Assembly: GCF_963921235.1 (NCBI RefSeq)
Contig: NC_086108.1
Span: forward strand, 111,292,001-111,356,000
Reading direction: 5' to 3'
Source: Mobula hypostoma
Lineage: Eukaryota
DNA: 64,000 nucleotides
The notes under the pieces are model-generated. The model was not told where the DNA came from. It ran no database searches and was given only the letters and a program-made list of their open reading frames with translations. Every line of letters starts with the position of its first letter. Within the stretch, counting starts at the first letter, position 1. The translations under genes were made by a program, and so were the position numbers. Positions 59,731 to 64,000 of the stretch are shown here, one piece after another.

Positions 59731-62700
59731 AGAACATAGGACATAGAATAGTACAGCACAGTACAGGCCCTTCGGCCCACAATGTTGTGCTGACCCTTAA
59801 ACCCTGCCTCTCATAAAACCCCTCACCTTAAATTCCTCCATATACCTGTCCAGTAGTCTCTTAAACTTCACTAGTGTATCTGCCTCCACCACTGACTCAG
59901 GCACTGCATTCCACGCACCAACCACTCTCTGAGTAAAAAACCTTCCTCTAACATCCCCCTTGAACTTACCACCCCTTACCTTAAAGCCATGTCCTCTTGT
60001 ATTCAGCAGTGGTGCCCTGGGGAAGAGGCGCTGGCTATCCACTCTATCTATTCCTCTTAATATCTTATATACCTCTATCATGTCTCTTCTCCTCCTCCTT
60101 CTCTCCAGAGAGTAAAGCCCTAGCTCCCTTAATCTCTGATCATAATGCATACTCTCTAAACCAGGCAGCATCCTGGTAAATCTCCTCTGTACCCTTTCCA
60201 ATGCTTCCACATCCTTCCTATAGTGAGGTGACCAGAACTGGGCACAGTACTCCAAGTGTGGCCTAACCAGAGTTTTATAGAGCTGCATCATTACATCGCG
60301 ACTCTTAAACTCTATCCCTCGACTTATGAATGCTAACACCCCATAAGCTTTCTTAACTACCCTATCCACCTGTGAGGCAACTTTCAGGGATCTGCGGACA
60401 TGTACCCTGAGATCCCTCTGCTCCTCCACACTACCAAGTATCCTGCCATTTATTTTGTACTCTGCCTTGGAGTTTGTCCTTCCAAAGTGTACCACCTCAC
60501 ACTTCTCCGGGTTGAACTCCATCTGCCACTTCTCAGCCCACTTCTGCATCCTATCAATGCCTCTCTGCAATCTTTGACAATCCTCTACACTATCTACAAC
60601 ACCATCAAACTTTGTGTCGTCTGCAAACTTGCCAACCCACCCTTCTACCCCTACATCCAGGTCGTTAATAAAAATCACAAAAAGTAGAGGTCCCAGAACA
60701 GATCCTTGTGGGACACCACTAGGCACAATCCTCCTATCTGAATGTACTCCCTCACCACCACCCTCTGCCTTCTGCAGGCAAGCCAATTCTGAAGCCACCT
60801 AGCCAAACTTCCCTGGATCCCATGCCTTCTAACTTTCTGAATAAGCCTACCGTGTGGAACCTTGTCAAATGCCTTACTAAAATCCATATAGCTCACATCC
60901 ACTGCACTACCCTCATCTATATGCCTGGTCACCTCCTCAAAGAACTCTATCAGGCTTGTTAGACACGATCTGCCCTTCACAAAGCCATGCTGACTGTCCC
61001 TGATCAGACCATGATTCTCTAAATGCCTATAGATCCTATCTCTAAGAATCTGTTCCAACAGCTTTCCCACCACAGACGTAAGACTCACTGGTCTATAATT
61101 ACCCGGACTATTCCTACTACCTTTTTTGAACAAGGGGACAACATTCGTCTCCCTCCAATCCTCTGGTACCATTCCCGTGGACAACGAGGACATAAAGATC
61201 CTAGCCAGAGGCTCAGCAATCTCTTCTCTCGCCTCGTGGAGCAGCCTGGGGAATATTCCGTCAGGCTCCGGTGACGTATCTGTCCTAATGTATTTTAACA
61301 ACTCCAACATCTCCTCTCCCTTAATATCAACATGCTCCAGAACATCAACCTCACTCATATTGTCCTCACCATCATCAAGTTCCCTCTCATTGGTGAATAC
61401 CGAAGAGAAGTATTCATTGAGGATCTCGCTCACTTCCACAGCCTCCAGGCACATCTTCCCACCTTTATCTCTAATCGGTCCTACCTTCACTCCTGTCATC
61501 CTTTTTTCCTTCACATAATTGAAGAATGCCTTGGGGTTTTCCTTTACCCTACTTGCCAAGGCCTTCTCATGCCCCCTTCTTGCTCTTCTCAGCCCCTTCT
61601 TAAGCTCCTTTCTTGCTTCCCTATATTCCTCAATAGACCCATCTGATCCTTGCTTCCTAAACCTCATGTATGCTGCCTTCTTCCACCTGACTAGATTTTC
61701 CACCTCACTTGTCACCCATGGTTCCTTCACCCTACCATTCTTTGTCTTCCTCACCGGGACAAATTTATCCCTAACATCCTGCAAGAGATCTCTAAACATC
61801 GACCACATGTCCATAGTACATTTCCCTGCAAAAACATCATCCCAATTCACACCCGCAAGTTCTAGCCTTATAGCCTCATAATTTGCCTTTCCCCAATTAA
61901 AAATTTTCCTGTGCTCTCTGATTCTATCCTTTTCCATGATAATGCTAAAGGCCAGGGAGCGGTGGTCACTGTCCCCCAGATGCTCACCCACTGAGAGATC
62001 TGTGACCTGATCCGGTTCATTCTCTAGTACTAGATCTAGTATGGCATTCCCCCTGGTCGGTCTGTCCACATACTGTGACAGGAATCCATCCTGGACACAC
62101 TTAACAAACTCTGCCCCATCTAAACCCTTGGAACTAATCAGGTGCCAATCAATATTAGAGAAGTTAAAGTCACCCATGATAACAACCCTGTTATTTTTGC
62201 ACCTTTCCAAAATCTGCCTCCCAATCTGCTCCTCTGTATCTCTGCTGCTACCAGGGGGCCTATAGAATACCCTCAAAAGAGTAACTGCTCCCTTCCTGTT
62301 CCTGACTTCCACCCATATTGACTCAAAAGAGGATCCTGCTACATTACCCACCCTTTCTGTAGCTGTAATAGTATCCCTGACCAGTAATGCCACCCCTCCT
62401 CCCCTTCTTCCACCCTCCCCATCCCTTTCAAAGCACTGAAATCCAGGAATATTGAGAATCCATTCCTGCCCTGGTGCCAGCCAAGTCTCTGTAATGGCCA
62501 CTAAATCATAATTCCATGTATGTATCCAAGCTCTCAGTTCATCACCTTTGTTCCTGATGTTTCCTGCAATGAAGTACACGCACTTTAGCCCTTCTACCTT
62601 ACTGTCTTTACACCGTTTATTCTGCTTCTCTTTCCTCAAAGCCTCTTTATATGTTAGATCTGGGTTTACTCCATGCAATTCTTTCACTGCTCTATCGCTC

Positions 62701-63145
62701 TGGGTCCCATTCCCCTCGCAAATTAGTTTAAACCCTCCCGAACCATGCTAGCAAACCTACTTGCAAGGATATTGCTCCCCCTCGAGTTCAGGTGCAACCC
62801 ATCCAATCTGTACAGGTCCCACCTTCCCCAGAAGATATCCCAATGATCTAAAAATCTAAAACCCTGCTCCCTGCACCAACTCCTCAGCCACACATTCAAC
62901 TGCCATCTCCTCCCATTCTTACCATCTCTGTCATATAGCACTGGTAGTAATCCTGAGAACGCCACCCTTGAGGTCCTGTTCTTCAGCCTTCTGCCTAGTT
63001 CCCAAAACTCACACTTCAGGACCTCATTCTTCTTCCTGCCTATGTCGTTGGTCCCAACATGTATCATGACTTCTGGTTGCTTTCCCTCTCGTACCAGGAT
63101 ATCATGCACCTGGTCAGAGACATCCCGGACTCTGGCACCCGGGAT
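59731..63145 (-). mobile_element. Long young CR1 LINE: ORF1 esterase-like 3' part plus ORF2 (APE + RT) with one frameshift
   Basis: ORF 62723..63109 (HVGTND...DGLHL), ORF 60675..62687 (ITETWL, GDFN, SDH, YRPVSL, DFSKAFD), ORF 59797..60798 (GVPQGSVLGP, FADD); (ttctatg)n tail. Confidence 0.93.
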
Positions 63146-64000
63146 GTGTGGGTAGAAACTCTTCTAATCCTTTGGCCATGATGGAGGTAAATATTCTATA
63201 ATTCACATTAAGAACAGATATTGGTCTAAATGACCCACATTCCATTTTATCCTTGCCTTCTTTCGGTATAGCTGAGATTATCGCCTCCTTCCAGCTGGGT
63301 GGCATTTGTGCCTTTCTCATGGCCCAGTTCAGTGTGAGGAGTAAAACAGGGATTAACTCACTTCTAAACTCTTTATACCACTCTGCCGTATATCTATCTG
63401 TTCCTGGTGACTTGCTTAATTTAAGCCTCCTAATTGCAGTTTTTAGTTCAGCTTCAGTTATGTCAGCAGTCATCGTTCTATTTTGTTCTTTGCTTAAAGT
63501 GGGTAACTCTAAAGAATTCAGGAAGGTGTCAATTTGGGTTATGCTTCCCCCTGGAACTTTGGAACATAGAGTTTGTAAAACATTTCAAAAGCTTCTTGAA
63601 TTTCACTTAGCTTATTTTTTTTTTATCACTTTTGCTCTTGGATCCCTCATTCTATAAATTGTATTTTCTGCGACTGTATCTTTTTTTTCAGTTTCCACGC
63701 TACTATTTTCATAGATTTAGATCCACTTTCATAGTGTCTCTGTTTCAGAAATATTAATTTTTTTTCTAATTTCTTGTGTAGCCAAACTATTAATTTCATT
63801 CCTAGTTTTTTAAATTTCTCCTAGTGTATCCTGTGCCAAACTCAGTTTGTGTTTTTCTCTAGTTCCTCCAGCTTATTTTGTAATTCCTCTAATGTTTTAT
63901 TCCTTTTTTTTCTTATATGATGATATCGCTATAATTTTCCCTCTTAAGACAGCCTTCAGAGTATCCAATAGAATGGGTGGTGAAACCTCTCCATTATCAT

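Larger units (their letters stand above)
56842..64000 (-). mobile_element. Second L1-clade family copy (degenerate ORF2), interrupted at 59035-63145, runs off the right edge
   Basis: ORFs 63114..63473 (KSPGTD, FRPISVLN), 58920..59102 (IHNDQTGF), 57806..58618 (YADD), 57347..57697, 57060..57305; poly(T) on + strand at 56842. Confidence 0.9.

Noticed and set aside
62723..63109. SGNH/GDSL esterase as a cellular lipase gene
   Set aside because: Directly upstream of CR1 ORF2; an esterase domain is a known part of CR1 ORF1.

Overview
Vertebrate nuclear DNA, most likely a cartilaginous fish such as a ray or shark (inferred from the repeat landscape, not proven). The left half holds a vitellogenin gene on the minus strand. 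I traced coding exons 1-22 by hand from the ATG at 32523 down to 1907: 3240 nt, 1080 codons, all GT-AG introns, phases consistent and no stops. They encode the signal peptide and the lipovitellin heavy chain; the phosvitin exon and 3' half should lie left of the window. A TATA box and imperfect estrogen-response elements sit upstream. The introns and the 31 kb of upstream DNA are mostly nested transposable elements: CR1, L1/Tx1 and Rex1/Babar LINEs, Penelope-like elements carrying minimal hammerhead ribozyme motifs, tRNA-derived SINEs and Tc1/mariner remnants. The most interesting items are (i) a near-empty Gypsy/Sushi-type LTR element 1.3 kb upstream of the vitellogenin ATG, with a self-priming-type PBS and a higher-order minisatellite in one LTR; (ii) dispersed Penelope hammerheads in fold-back insertions; (iii) a candidate liver/estrogen enhancer near 41.3 kb and an overlapping ERE/CRE in intron 8; (iv) a probable CR1 3' transduction inside an L1. 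I found no prokaryotic-type system. Repeat family names come from recognised motifs, not database searches, and repeat boundaries without TSDs are approximate.
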